The notes: generated by a model from the sequence alone, not told the origin. DNA of 64,000 nt from a virus (IMGVR_UViG_3300032243_001028:71097-135096), one strand, 5' to 3'; numbered from the stretch's first letter, positions 29,191-39,292 are shown. Made by a program: numbers and translations.

Positions 29191-29707
29191 GATCAACTCC
29201 GCTTGCTTCAAGCTCTTCGTTTAATTCTTCTTGAGTGTCAAACTCTTCTTGCTTGTCTGCTGTGAGTTTGAAGTAAGCATTTACTGCGTTTACGCTTGTC
29301 CTACTTCTCCAAGTAAAATCACACATTGTACAATTTACTAAACGTACTGTGGCCCAACGTCCACCTTCTGGATTTTCTGCAATTAATGGACGAAGAAACT
29401 TAGTCTTAGCTCCGCAATATAAACATTTTGGGAATCGATCGTACCTAGTCTCAGCTTTATCTATATTCACTGAAAGAGTTCGTCTGATCTCATATTCATC
29501 GTGTCCTCCCCAGATCCCCCAAATTTCCATATTCTCTAAAGCTGACTTTACGCATTCTTTTCGAACGGGGCAAATAAAACAAAGATTTTTAGCCTTCATT
29601 CTATCTTCGTTTTTATGAGAAAAGAAGTCTACATCTCTATTTATTCTTTTAGCACATTCGGCTTCTTCTTGCCAATCAAATCCATTACTAGGTTTCCAGT
29701 TTGTCAT
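29162..29707 (-). CDS. whiB: WhiB-family transcription factor with C-terminal zinc ribbon and acidic tail
   Basis: C...C-x2-C-x5-C plus GIWGG; extra CLYC...CTMC. Confidence 0.88.
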   Translation of the reverse strand: MTNWKPSNGFDWQEEAECAKRINRDVDFFSHKNEDRMKAKNLCFICPVRKECVKSALENMEIWGIWGGHDEYEIRRTLSVNIDKAETRYDRFPKCLYCGAKTKFLRPLIAENPEGGRWATVRLVNCTMCDFTWRSRTSVNAVNAYFKLTADKQEEFDTQEELNEELEASGVDLNELEEDLD

Positions 29708-30042
29708 ATTATCTCAACCCAAGTAACGGGTTCTGGATTGGCTACCAGGTTTCCGTACTTAGTTTCTCCTTGTTCGGTGCATACGGTTGGATATATCTCT
29801 TCATCTATTTCTCCGACATATCCAAATGAAATATGACCTCTCTCGACAGCTTTGTATCCCTCTCCAAGAGATATAACAATTCCATCTCTTTGAAGAGCCG
29901 AGGCCAGTGCTCGTTTAATTAGGTCTATATCGAGATCTACGTGATCGTAGGTAAAAAATATGATTGAAGAAGGTCTGGAGGTATTAAACCCATCTCCAGA
30001 CCATTCAAACCATAAGCATTCACCGGTACGTTTATCTCGCAT
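29704..30042 (-). CDS. hypothetical protein
   Basis: 112 aa ORF overlapping whiB start. Confidence 0.65.
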   Translation of the reverse strand: MRDKRTGECLWFEWSGDGFNTSRPSSIIFFTYDHVDLDIDLIKRALASALQRDGIVISLGEGYKAVERGHISFGYVGEIDEEIYPTVCTEQGETKYGNLVANPEPVTWVEII

Positions 30043-30124
30043 AAATAATCAACTTCACAAGATAAGTGTACAAGTATTTTATATAAAATGTGTGGAAAAC
30101 GCCAGTCTATTTATAGTTATTTTA

Positions 30125-30343
30125 TTATAATGAATTTAAAGATATTCCGGTTTTTACTTGAATATGAGCTGTAACTTTAAATTTTTCAACGGTATCTGAG
30201 TCCTTAACTTTAAATTCTACAGATAGTTTTTCAGAGATCTCGGTCACATCTATTTTTAAAAAGTCTGCAGCTTGATTTAGTGCTATAGCTTGAGATTCAT
30301 AAAAATCGGAAGCTTCAAATTCTAGTTCAAATGTTGTACGCAT
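30125..30343 (-). CDS. hypothetical protein
   Basis: Translationally coupled in minus-strand operon. Confidence 0.6.
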   Translation of the reverse strand: MRTTFELEFEASDFYESQAIALNQAADFLKIDVTEISEKLSVEFKVKDSDTVEKFKVTAHIQVKTGISLNSL

Positions 30344-30762
30344 TACTGGACTCTTTTCAATAGGTGTTCTGGTTGGTAGTGAGCAGACTTAATTGGGGGA
30401 TTTTCTAGATCAGTTAGATCTACAATAATGTCTCCGGATCTAATAGCTACAATAACTCCTGGACGTCCATTATGAATCATACCAACGTCTCCAGCAAAAG
30501 CATCATTTTTTACTCTAACGATGTCTCTAACTTTTAAAAAGCCTCGTTCTGCTTGAACATATACTTCATCTTTTGGAGGCGGTACTAATGAATGCTCTAA
30601 AGCAAGGTGCATAAATAAGTTAGCTATTTGTTCTGCATCCTCACGCTTAAACTCTGGAAGTTCTTTCCAAGCATTTAGTAGATGAATTACAGCATTTCCA
30701 TTACCGTGTCTAACGTTTAAATTACCTAACTGATAGTTTATCCAGTCCATATTTATTTTCAT
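30343..30762 (-). CDS. hypothetical protein with SH3/KOW-like C-terminus
   Basis: LKVRDIVRV...NGRPGVIVAIRSGDIIV pattern. Confidence 0.6.
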   Translation of the reverse strand: MKINMDWINYQLGNLNVRHGNGNAVIHLLNAWKELPEFKREDAEQIANLFMHLALEHSLVPPPKDEVYVQAERGFLKVRDIVRVKNDAFAGDVGMIHNGRPGVIVAIRSGDIIVDLTDLENPPIKSAHYQPEHLLKRVQ

Positions 30763-30770
30763 GTTTATCC

Positions 30771-31787
30771 TTAATTTGTTAGTTTTAATGCTTTTTCAAG
30801 CAATTTTATTGATTGTTTTTTAGTTGGTATCTTAGCTATATAGCTATCTCTTTGAGCTATTGCTACTAGAGTTCTTTTTTCTTCAGACATAGATTCTAAT
30901 GCTGCAGCAAGTATATTCCACTCTGATCCAAGAGATCCTGACTCTTCCCACAGTGTTGCTATGGGGGTTAGACTATTGATCGACTGCACATATCTATATG
31001 ACCACCATGTGCCTTCATTTTTATATGGAGATAGTAGTATCCCCACAGACCTGGAGATTTGAGATAATGCATCTCTATCTGTTGATCCTTTATTTATTTT
31101 TACTGGAGAGATTGGAAGTTCTATAGTCTTTGAAATCTTTTTAGTCCAAGTTGATTCTGGTTGGTCTGCCGACCACTTATATATTTTATCTAATGAATTA
31201 ATTGGATCTTCAATTAAATGAGAATCTAAATTTAAATAAGTTATTGATTTCTTTGCTGATTTTGGAAGATTTAATTCTTTATCTGAATAGTTTTGTTTCC
31301 AAGGTAACACAGGTACAAGTGTGGTAGGCCAATCTTGTTCCAGCAATAAATCTATAGCTTTTAAAATACTTGTCTTTAATAATTGATTATTTACTACAGA
31401 AGAATAGCCTTTTTTATTTGAGAAAAAATCTTTAGTTAAAGTGTCTGGATTATTTTTTACAGATCTTAAAGAAGTTGTTATTTGAGATACGTTTGGAGCA
31501 TCTATAAGTAGGTTAAGTTTATCTGAGCCCCAGAGAAGATTGATTATATTTAAAGCTCCATATATTTTATTTGCACTAAGGCTGGTAACCGGTGCAATAC
31601 CTACAATTACGGAGTCGTACGAATGTAATTCGTCTTTTGTTATGTCGATCTTAGGATCTGACCAAACTACGGTATGACCGAAATTTTGAAGTGCCATGTT
31701 AATAGCTGAAGAAAAACTTAAATTTCTTGTATTGGCATTTAAAGACGACTGAGGTGCAGTCATACCAGTTAATAAAATTTTTGACAT
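30771..31787 (-). CDS. putative GT-B-like glycosyltransferase
   Basis: MSKILLTG Rossmann start, GHTVVW, C-terminal GILLSPY...WWSYRYVQS; weak family assignment. Confidence 0.45.
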   Translation of the reverse strand: MSKILLTGMTAPQSSLNANTRNLSFSSAINMALQNFGHTVVWSDPKIDITKDELHSYDSVIVGIAPVTSLSANKIYGALNIINLLWGSDKLNLLIDAPNVSQITTSLRSVKNNPDTLTKDFFSNKKGYSSVVNNQLLKTSILKAIDLLLEQDWPTTLVPVLPWKQNYSDKELNLPKSAKKSITYLNLDSHLIEDPINSLDKIYKWSADQPESTWTKKISKTIELPISPVKINKGSTDRDALSQISRSVGILLSPYKNEGTWWSYRYVQSINSLTPIATLWEESGSLGSEWNILAAALESMSEEKRTLVAIAQRDSYIAKIPTKKQSIKLLEKALKLTN

Positions 31788-31802
31788 GTAAACCTTTAAT
31801 TA

Positions 31803-31834
31803 GTGGGGGCACTAGTTTTACCTAATGCCCCCGC
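31803..31834 (-). terminator. hairpin after SSB gene
   Basis: GTGGGGGCA...TGCCCCCGC inverted repeat. Confidence 0.55.
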
Positions 31835-31846
31835 AATTACTACAGA

Positions 31847-32386
31847 CTAGAACGGAGCTGCAGGTGGGGCCGGTGGAACTGCCACTCCAGCAGTGCTTGG
31901 AGCAGGTGGAGCAGGTGGAGCAGGTGGAGCAGGTGGTGTACTTGCCTGAGCAGGAATAGTTCCAGCAGTCTGCTGAACGTAGTAACGCTTTAGTTCGTTA
32001 CGCTTGCTACCGTTCCAGGTACGTGATCCAATTTGAGCACGGAAAGTACGGCCGATCAAGGCTGATTCAATCTGTGCGTTAGTTGGGTTGTTGTTCGTGA
32101 AAAACTCACGAGGGAGCCCAAGAGCAGCCATCTTCGAGAAGAAAATGCCTAGAGCGTTTGAGCTCTCTGGACTGATCACCAGGTTGTCCCAGACGCGACG
32201 CTTGTTGTTTGCGCCACCCTGAACTTCGGTAGTGATCTTGAACATGGTTTTGCCACTCTGTGAAGTGGTTGCGGAAGCTTCGATGACCTTTAGATCATAG
32301 TCGCCATCTGGAAGTGGTTCGTAATTACCGCCACTTGCAGTTTCGCCAGCATCTTTGACTAGGTCGCCCCAGTTGAGAGTACTCAT
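31847..32386 (-). CDS. single-stranded DNA-binding protein (DUF669-like)
   Basis: YEPLPDGDYDLKV, SGKTMFK, Pro-rich tail ending PF; follows Sak4-like ATPase. Confidence 0.75.
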   Translation of the reverse strand: MSTLNWGDLVKDAGETASGGNYEPLPDGDYDLKVIEASATTSQSGKTMFKITTEVQGGANNKRRVWDNLVISPESSNALGIFFSKMAALGLPREFFTNNNPTNAQIESALIGRTFRAQIGSRTWNGSKRNELKRYYVQQTAGTIPAQASTPPAPPAPPAPPAPSTAGVAVPPAPPAAPF

Positions 32387-32433
32387 ATGTATAACTCCTA
32401 TAGTTATTATTGATGGTTTAGTCGGCTAGGGAT

Positions 32434-33192
32434 CTAAGCCGACTTCTTTTTCTCGGTCTGTGGACCGAAAATCATGTCGAGCATACGTTCAACACCAAGA
32501 TCTTGCTGTTCCACAATGGAACCCAATCGGCCTTGAACGCGCTCTCCAGCATCATACTTGTCCGTACGTTCCACGTACATACGGCGTGCCTTGTAAGGCA
32601 GCTGAGTAGGATCTGGATTTGGAATATTTTCAATTGCAATAGCACCTAATACATCATAAAAGTACGGAGCTTGAACTGCAAGTTGACCCTGCAAGTAAGG
32701 CTTCATATGACCATTCTGATCAGCGCGTGCCATTGCAGTTAGGACTACAGCCTCGAGAGGTTGAGTTGGATGCATTGTAAGGTCACGCAAGTCACGAAGT
32801 AGAGCACCCATGTGGCGAAGTAGTTCGCCCCACTGTTGCATCTTCATCTGCTCGGTACCGGCGATGTTATCCATGCATTTAACCTGAAGCTCCGAAATGG
32901 AGTCAATGATCAATGACTTGAACTGGTGCTTACCTGCTTGTAACCACTGGAAAGCTTTTAGAACTACGTCGTAGTCACGTACAGTGACAACTACGGTGTC
33001 CCAGGTGCCGTCAGCCACAGGTGGCTCTTCGCGCATTGGGTCCCAATACCTGACGTTAATTGGGAGGAAGCGGTGGCCACCTTCCACGTCAAGCATGAGG
33101 CGAGGATATGGTGCTGTGACTGCAAAGGTTGATTTACCAACCTTTGATTCGCCATAGACCATGATAGTTAGTGAACGCTGTACATCTGACAT
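32434..33192 (-). CDS. Sak4-like AAA/RecA-family recombinase ATPase
   Basis: Walker A YGESKVGKST, LDVEGG, IIDSIS. Confidence 0.85.
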   Translation of the reverse strand: MSDVQRSLTIMVYGESKVGKSTFAVTAPYPRLMLDVEGGHRFLPINVRYWDPMREEPPVADGTWDTVVVTVRDYDVVLKAFQWLQAGKHQFKSLIIDSISELQVKCMDNIAGTEQMKMQQWGELLRHMGALLRDLRDLTMHPTQPLEAVVLTAMARADQNGHMKPYLQGQLAVQAPYFYDVLGAIAIENIPNPDPTQLPYKARRMYVERTDKYDAGERVQGRLGSIVEQQDLGVERMLDMIFGPQTEKKKSA

Positions 33193-33194
33193 GC

Positions 33195-34157
33195 TTAGTC
33201 ACTACCTTTCTTTTCGTCTTGTGATTTGTAATATCCGTATGGGTCGGAGACCTCATACATATCTTCAATAGCTGCTTCTGCTGATGAACCATCATCAATC
33301 ATTGGGCAGATAGTGTAGAACTGGCACTTCCACTTGCAGTCCTTGGTAGGACGTGGGTAAGCGACAAAATTAGGATCCTGACCTGCATCAAGAGATTTCT
33401 TAACAGTCATTAGATCTGCAACTGTACCATGAATACGTTGCCAAAAAGCACGCATTGTAAATACGTTGTGTCGAACTTCAATTTGCTCGTAGAACGGTGG
33501 TTTAGCATTAGCTGTACGTTTTACTTTTTTAAGCATAGTAAAGATACCACCCTCGGAACGTTCTTCCGGTGATTTATTTTGAGCGTGTTCTAGCATCATG
33601 TAAGTAAGAATCTGCTCATTCATTTGAGCCTGGTTTGCAAAATCTGCAAAAGATCCACCAACAGTCTTGAAGTCACGGAACATACGAACGCCATCGATCT
33701 TACGGCGAACACGCATATCGAGCTTTCCTTGAAGAATAACTTCTCCATCAAACATTGGCATTTCAATAATCTCTTCAGTAGAAATCATTTCTAGCTCAGC
33801 GTCGATACCCTCGTCATCCATCCACTGAAGATATCCTTCAAGCATGATTCGTCCTAGTTCGGCCTCGGATTCAAGATCTGAGGTGTCGCGATATTCTGCG
33901 ACTAAAGTTTCCATATCCTTTTTTACAAGGGCAGCATGAGCCTCTAGGAGGTCCACTGTGCCGTTAGAAGAGTAGTACTGGTCTAGAGCTTCGTGGATAC
34001 GAGATCCAAGGGCTAAAGCACCGGTGTAGTCTCTTTTCTTTGGCATGAGACGTCTGTAGTAGTTTAGCCACCACTTACGTCTGCAATCTTTGAATACCTG
34101 AATCTCTGAGTTAGAGAGACGGTATGGCATAACTTCTTGTGTAGTTTCGTCGTTCAT
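33195..34157 (-). CDS. PD-(D/E)xK Cas4/RecB-like exonuclease
   Basis: SNSEI..FKDCRRKW, GSRIHEAL, GKLD...DFKT, CKWKCQFYTIC. Confidence 0.85.
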   Translation of the reverse strand: MNDETTQEVMPYRLSNSEIQVFKDCRRKWWLNYYRRLMPKKRDYTGALALGSRIHEALDQYYSSNGTVDLLEAHAALVKKDMETLVAEYRDTSDLESEAELGRIMLEGYLQWMDDEGIDAELEMISTEEIIEMPMFDGEVILQGKLDMRVRRKIDGVRMFRDFKTVGGSFADFANQAQMNEQILTYMMLEHAQNKSPEERSEGGIFTMLKKVKRTANAKPPFYEQIEVRHNVFTMRAFWQRIHGTVADLMTVKKSLDAGQDPNFVAYPRPTKDCKWKCQFYTICPMIDDGSSAEAAIEDMYEVSDPYGYYKSQDEKKGSD

Positions 34158-34159
34158 TT

Positions 34160-35974
34160 TTATAGCTTACCTGCCTTGTCGTCTTTTAGCAACTGTAGTA
34201 GTTTGTCTTTGTCTCGAACAATCTGTTCAAAGTTATCAGCCTTAGTTTCTAGAACTTGGATGACACGCTCTTCGATTGATCCCTCAGTAACGTAATCCAT
34301 CACAACCACTGAATCGTGGATCTCTGAACCGATTCTGTGAATACGGTCTAGAGCTTGTTTGTGATCAACTAGTGACCATGGTCTTTGTAGCATAACAAGT
34401 CTGCGGGCTGCTGTCAAGGTGACACCCACTCCACCGGCTTGTGCTGTAAATAGAATCCACTTAATGCGTCCAGCTTGGAAGTCATCAATTGCTTTTTGAC
34501 GTTCATCTTCATCTTGAGCACCAGTAATTAGACCGTGTGTAATTCCTTCTTTAGTCATTCTTGCACTTAAAAGTTCAATTAGTTGACGAGATACAGCGCA
34601 GACAGCTACGCTATCGTCTCCAAAGTCGCCTTCTTTAATGTCATCCATAACAGCATCAACCTTACAGGATGGCTCTGTCAAAATTGTTTTAGGTTCGCCA
34701 GTAGCTTCATCTGCGACAACTTCTGCAAAAGAACTAGCAAACTGAGAGAGTCTTATTGCTTGAGTTAGTACGCTAGGTGCAACTACTGCATCGCCATTTT
34801 CTACTTCAGCAATCATGTTGTCACGCATCTGTTCGTAAGCTTTCTTCTGCTTAACTGACATTTCGACATCACGGCGTTCAAACATCATCTCAGGTAGCCA
34901 CGGAAGTACGCGAGCCTTTAACATACGACGCATACGAGGATTAATAGTTGCGTGGAATTCATCTGCCATATGAGGCTTTACTCCAAGAACCATCATTCCA
35001 CCAAAAGCATTGATCATAGTGTCTACCATGCGATCGATCCACTTGGTTTTGCTAGGCCACTCTTCTGGAGAAATCCAGTGCAGAATTGCCCACATGTCAA
35101 GAACGTTATTGGCGATGGGTGTACCAGTAAGTGCAAAACGAATATCAGCATCTCCGGTAGCTGCCCATAAAGCACGAGTCTGCTTAGACTTAGGTTCTTT
35201 TGAGCGGTGCATCTCGTCAGCAATAACTGCTTTAAAGTCAATCTCGTTTAGATCACGCTTGTGAACTTCACAACGATTCTCTGAAACTCTATCGTCATGT
35301 CCGCCGCACTCTACGCAACGAGCAAGTGCAACTGATCCATAAGGAGCTAAACGGGAGTGAGTACGTAGTGACTCCCAGTTGATTATGTAAACATCTGCTG
35401 GAGTCTCAAACTGCTTGCGACGCTGTGCCGCAGATCCTTTAATAACTTGTACTGTTGGCCCGCCACTTGGCCACCACTTAGTAAATTCTCGTTGCCAGTT
35501 CTTTTTAAGAGTGTTTGGGCAAACAATCAAAGCTGGGAATACTGGGTCATTGTTTTCAGCCATTGTTTTTAGGGCACGAATTGCCTGAGCTGTTTTACCT
35601 AAACCTGGCTCGTCAGCTAAAAGTGCACGACGTGCTGTAGTTAAAAACTTTACTCCGGCTCTTTGGTGAGGGAATAGATCTGAATCACCCTCGCCATCTG
35701 GAAGTTCTTCCAAATCACGTAGTGAGTTAGATGGATCAATTCTATTTGCACGTTCTTCAATAGCCCATGCTTGTAAACGTTCTCCAATAACTAGATCGTT
35801 TTTAAAGGTAGAGCGAAGTGCTAGGCATGTAGCCCAAGAAGTCTGAACACGCCAAGTTGATGTTTTTGCGTCATAGCTAGAGCCTGGCACACTCTTGCAA
35901 AGCTCTTTGAATCGCCAATCAGCGAAGATGTTGATGTGAGAACCAGTCTCATTTAGCTCAACTGTTACAGCCAT
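34160..35974 (-). CDS. SNF2-family helicase
   Basis: ADEPGLGKT, DEMH, LTGTP, QALDRIHRIG motifs. Confidence 0.92.
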   Translation of the reverse strand: MAVTVELNETGSHINIFADWRFKELCKSVPGSSYDAKTSTWRVQTSWATCLALRSTFKNDLVIGERLQAWAIEERANRIDPSNSLRDLEELPDGEGDSDLFPHQRAGVKFLTTARRALLADEPGLGKTAQAIRALKTMAENNDPVFPALIVCPNTLKKNWQREFTKWWPSGGPTVQVIKGSAAQRRKQFETPADVYIINWESLRTHSRLAPYGSVALARCVECGGHDDRVSENRCEVHKRDLNEIDFKAVIADEMHRSKEPKSKQTRALWAATGDADIRFALTGTPIANNVLDMWAILHWISPEEWPSKTKWIDRMVDTMINAFGGMMVLGVKPHMADEFHATINPRMRRMLKARVLPWLPEMMFERRDVEMSVKQKKAYEQMRDNMIAEVENGDAVVAPSVLTQAIRLSQFASSFAEVVADEATGEPKTILTEPSCKVDAVMDDIKEGDFGDDSVAVCAVSRQLIELLSARMTKEGITHGLITGAQDEDERQKAIDDFQAGRIKWILFTAQAGGVGVTLTAARRLVMLQRPWSLVDHKQALDRIHRIGSEIHDSVVVMDYVTEGSIEERVIQVLETKADNFEQIVRDKDKLLQLLKDDKAGKL

Positions 35975-35999
35975 TTAAGCATTTCTTTCTGTCGTTATG

Positions 36000-36052
36000 A
36001 ATAGATACTATCAGATATTTTAAAACTTTATTTAAAAAAGTCAATAGTATCT
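36000..36052. promoter_or_regulatory. AGATACTAT-N32-ATAGTATCT element upstream of helicase (copy 1 of 3)
   Basis: 9-bp inverted repeat 36003-36011 / 36044-36052; 22 bp identical to 59857-59878. Confidence 0.7.
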
Positions 36053-36056
36053 CTAA

Positions 36057-36524
36057 TTATTTTAGTAATTTTCTAGGTATCCAGCCACTTTTTGCTAATC
36101 TTAGCAATCCGTGTCTTATTGCATCTAGGGCGTGTCCCTCTCCCCCACGATGCCAATAATCCAAAATTCTAATCTTTTCATTATTAAACATGGCTTTGGC
36201 ATCGGCTGGAGACTGAAAATAGATATCCTCTGGGTCACGTCCGAAGTCTAACATAACCTGTTTCAAAATTCCAATTTGCTCCAAAGAATATGGAGCTTGA
36301 GAATTTTTTACAGTTTGAGCATTAATGGTAAATCTTTCGCAAACTACTTCTAGCCTAGTTTCCCTAGCTTGTGCATAGTTAAAAGCTTTACGAATAGGAA
36401 ATGCATATTCATGTTGTTGATATTCTCCAGACCAAAGTAGTTCTGGTTCAGAATCTGGTTTAACTTCAAATAAAGCAATGCCGCTAGCTTTGCCTGGATC
36501 TACTGCAAGTATTACTCTTGTCAT
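36057..36524 (-). CDS. RuvC-like Holliday junction resolvase
   Basis: ILAVDPGKASG, VVCERF, HALDAIRH. Confidence 0.75.
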   Translation of the reverse strand: MTRVILAVDPGKASGIALFEVKPDSEPELLWSGEYQQHEYAFPIRKAFNYAQARETRLEVVCERFTINAQTVKNSQAPYSLEQIGILKQVMLDFGRDPEDIYFQSPADAKAMFNNEKIRILDYWHRGGEGHALDAIRHGLLRLAKSGWIPRKLLK

Positions 36525-38347
36525 TATTTATACTTTTCTCCCCAGTTATTTAGTGGACCATCGACATCAGCAGTTAGGGGAACTGCCCAGCCGTCTCGAG
36601 TTGTCATGCATTCACGAACTAGCTGTTTAATTTCTTCAGCTTCGCTACGAGGTGCATTGAGAACAATTTCGTCATGTACTGGAACAATAAGATAGTCGGT
36701 TAAATCAGCTCTGTCAAGTTTAATCAAGTTTGCCTTGAATACTTCGGCTGCTCCACCCTGAATCAGATAGTTTACAAGAGTATATACGCGATCTTCATCG
36801 CAAGGTAATCTACGTCCAGTCCATGTGTGAACATAACCCTGACCCTCATCACGAAGTCTACGCATACCAATATCTTCGATTTCCTTTTGGAATGAAATCA
36901 TTCCCGGAAATCTTTCATCAAAAGCATTAGATACAGCACGCATCTGTTCTTCTGGCACACCCGCAGTAAGAGCTTGCTTAGCCACACCTGCACCGTACAG
37001 ACGTCCGTAGACCACACCTTTGATTAGGTTACGACGTTTATCTGACTTAACCATTGATGGGTCTTGGTAGATTTCACGACCGATTTCAGTGAACGGATCG
37101 GAGCCAGTTGCATCAGCAAGATTGAATAGATTGATTAGGTTTGGATCTTTAGATAGAGATGCAAACATGCGAAACTCGACTTGGTCTAGGTCAGAGGTGA
37201 TAATAACATGGTCGTCATCTTTAGGTAAGAATGCACGACGAACAGTGTCATCGCCTTTTGGTAGAGTCTGCAAAGCTGGTGCTGTGATTGACATGCGTCC
37301 TGTTCGAGCACCCATAGTTTTTACGGATGGATGAACAAAACCATTGACATTGTCATTAATAAAGTTTAAGAAATATGTGCTAGCAAGTTTGTCAGCTTTT
37401 CTTTGCTTTAGAACAATTTCTGCTAGCTCTCTTACTTGTGGATTTCCATCAATAATTAGTTTCTTTAGCTGATCAGCTGAAGCAGATTTTTGACCAGATG
37501 GGGTTAGATCTGTAATCTCCCCGCCTAGCGTCTCAAGTAGTCTTACTAGCTGTACGTTACTTGTAATTGAAGCTCCGCCATACATACCCTTAGCCCAGTC
37601 TTTTACAGATTCGGAGTAGGCAGTTAGTTCATCATATTTTTTACGTGAGTAGTCAAGATCAATGCGAGCACCATTGAGCTCCATACGAGTTACAATTTTA
37701 CGTGCAGCCATTTCAAGTTCATATGCTTGGCTATAAGGTTTTCCTGGTCCACACTTTTCCCAGAACTGTTCGAATAAACGCATTGTAAGAACGGTGTCAA
37801 GGGCACCATAAGACCAGTAAGGCTGAAAGTTAGTAGGTACAGTACCCCAAGTCCAACCGTTTTTATGAAGCTCTTCATCTAAATGTGCCTGAAGTGCAGC
37901 TGCTTTTGAGTCTACATACTGAGATGTAAGTTTCTTCAGGGCACCTGAACCTAGTGGGTCAATTAGCTGAGCCATAATCATGGTGTCGTGAGATCGGTGC
38001 CAGGGCATACTCCAACGAGATCTAATTTCAAACCATTTAGCTTCAAAAGCAATATTGTGACAAACTATTTGACCATCAAATCTGCTCATTGCTTCATAGA
38101 AAACACCCCCCCACTCATTCCAGGGGATGGCCCATCCAGTCATGCCATCGCCAACTTGAACTAATCTTAAATCTCCATGCCATGGTGATAGTGCATCTGA
38201 TCGTGGGCGTCCTTCGCGTTCGCCTGTTTCAGTATCAATAGCAATTGCATCGTGTGGTCGACGTTCTCCTAACCAGGTAATAAACTTACCGGCAGATTCT
38301 ACGCTATCGACTAGATGAAGTTGTACATCAATTAATCCGTTTGTCAT
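36524..38347 (-). CDS. polA: family A DNA polymerase (3'-5' exonuclease + polymerase)
   Basis: DTETG (ExoI), HDTM, YGALD, RTGRMS, DLDQVEFR (motif A), KGVVYGRLYG (motif B), VHDE (motif C). Confidence 0.95.
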   Translation of the reverse strand: MTNGLIDVQLHLVDSVESAGKFITWLGERRPHDAIAIDTETGEREGRPRSDALSPWHGDLRLVQVGDGMTGWAIPWNEWGGVFYEAMSRFDGQIVCHNIAFEAKWFEIRSRWSMPWHRSHDTMIMAQLIDPLGSGALKKLTSQYVDSKAAALQAHLDEELHKNGWTWGTVPTNFQPYWSYGALDTVLTMRLFEQFWEKCGPGKPYSQAYELEMAARKIVTRMELNGARIDLDYSRKKYDELTAYSESVKDWAKGMYGGASITSNVQLVRLLETLGGEITDLTPSGQKSASADQLKKLIIDGNPQVRELAEIVLKQRKADKLASTYFLNFINDNVNGFVHPSVKTMGARTGRMSITAPALQTLPKGDDTVRRAFLPKDDDHVIITSDLDQVEFRMFASLSKDPNLINLFNLADATGSDPFTEIGREIYQDPSMVKSDKRRNLIKGVVYGRLYGAGVAKQALTAGVPEEQMRAVSNAFDERFPGMISFQKEIEDIGMRRLRDEGQGYVHTWTGRRLPCDEDRVYTLVNYLIQGGAAEVFKANLIKLDRADLTDYLIVPVHDEIVLNAPRSEAEEIKQLVRECMTTRDGWAVPLTADVDGPLNNWGEKYK

Positions 38348-38367
38348 TTTCGTCCTTGTATTTATTT

Positions 38368-38604
38368 TTAAAGTAGATCTAATCCATCATCTGGATCATC
38401 AAAATCCATTGGAGGAGTTTCCGGGGAATCACGCATATCTTTATTTGGAAGCATAGCTCCAAAAGCTACAGTCATTCCAACTATATGAGTTGCTTCTTTT
38501 TCAGTAAACCCCCCGCGTTGTAAAGATTGATACATCTCGTGGAGCTCTATAGCAACCATGTCCATGTGGGGTATTGAAAAAACTTCAGTCTGATTATTAT
38601 CCAT
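38368..38604 (-). CDS. hypothetical protein
   Basis: Likely start MDNNQ at 38604; LHEMYQSLQRGGFTEKEA motif common in actinophage small proteins. Confidence 0.6.
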   Translation of the reverse strand: MDNNQTEVFSIPHMDMVAIELHEMYQSLQRGGFTEKEATHIVGMTVAFGAMLPNKDMRDSPETPPMDFDDPDDGLDLL

Positions 38605-38623
38605 ATCAGATATAGTACTGGGT

Positions 38624-39100
38624 TTATGGAATAATTTCAAATTTATAGATTTTTTCAATCCCTGTGTCGTTTTTACCAGCATTTTCAAGAAGATTCTGAG
38701 CAACATAAGTTAGGTACTTTGATCCATTCTCGTCGTATTTGTACAATGCATCTAGGATAGCACTGGCTTCAGCACTAACTTGAGCCCAAAAACGATCTTT
38801 TTCCGGAAAAACTAATTCTGCTTCCTGAGTAGGTTTGCATTGTTCACACGGTGTAGCAGATTTAGCTATTAGGTTATAATCTACTTCTTGTAAATCGTAC
38901 CTTCTAACTAGTGGACAAGCTGCTCCATGATAAATAAGTGATACACCGATTCTAGATAAAACGTATGAGCCGCTTTCTGTTTTGTATAAAGAGAACTCGA
39001 TCCATCTATTAGATCCGCGTTTGTAAGAACTAGATTTACCGAGCAACTTGCCGTTAAATTGAAGCGTTCTAGCTCCATCTTTAACTTCAAAGGTGCTCAT
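38624..39100 (-). CDS. hypothetical protein
   Basis: 158 aa; RWIEFSLYKTESGSYVLSRIG, H..C..C..C metal ligands. Confidence 0.7.
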   Translation of the reverse strand: MSTFEVKDGARTLQFNGKLLGKSSSYKRGSNRWIEFSLYKTESGSYVLSRIGVSLIYHGAACPLVRRYDLQEVDYNLIAKSATPCEQCKPTQEAELVFPEKDRFWAQVSAEASAILDALYKYDENGSKYLTYVAQNLLENAGKNDTGIEKIYKFEIIP

Positions 39101-39103
39101 GGA

Positions 39104-39292
39104 TTACTTCTTATCTTTAGAATCTTTTTCCGTAAGCTCTGCTAGCTTCTTTTCTAGATCTGCAACTTTAGATCTTTCGGCACCGAGAAGTGCTTCGAGT
39201 TCTGCGTTCAGATTCATAGAGCGAGTTAGCTGCTCACGGGTGATGTTTAGTACATTGCCGATTAGTTCAATTTGGTCTTGCTGTTCAGCCAT
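39104..39292 (-). CDS. small coiled-coil protein
   Basis: AAGGAAG RBS; heptad pattern. Confidence 0.6.
   Translation of the reverse strand: MAEQQDQIELIGNVLNITREQLTRSMNLNAELEALLGAERSKVADLEKKLAELTEKDSKDKK

Noticed and set aside
31898-31938. 9-bp tandem repeat GGAGCAGGT
   Set aside because: Encodes the PPA linker of the SSB tail; protein-level low complexity
33195-34157. Cas4-like nuclease as part of a CRISPR system
   Set aside because: Standard phage exonuclease in a Sak4/SSB recombination module; no other cas genes
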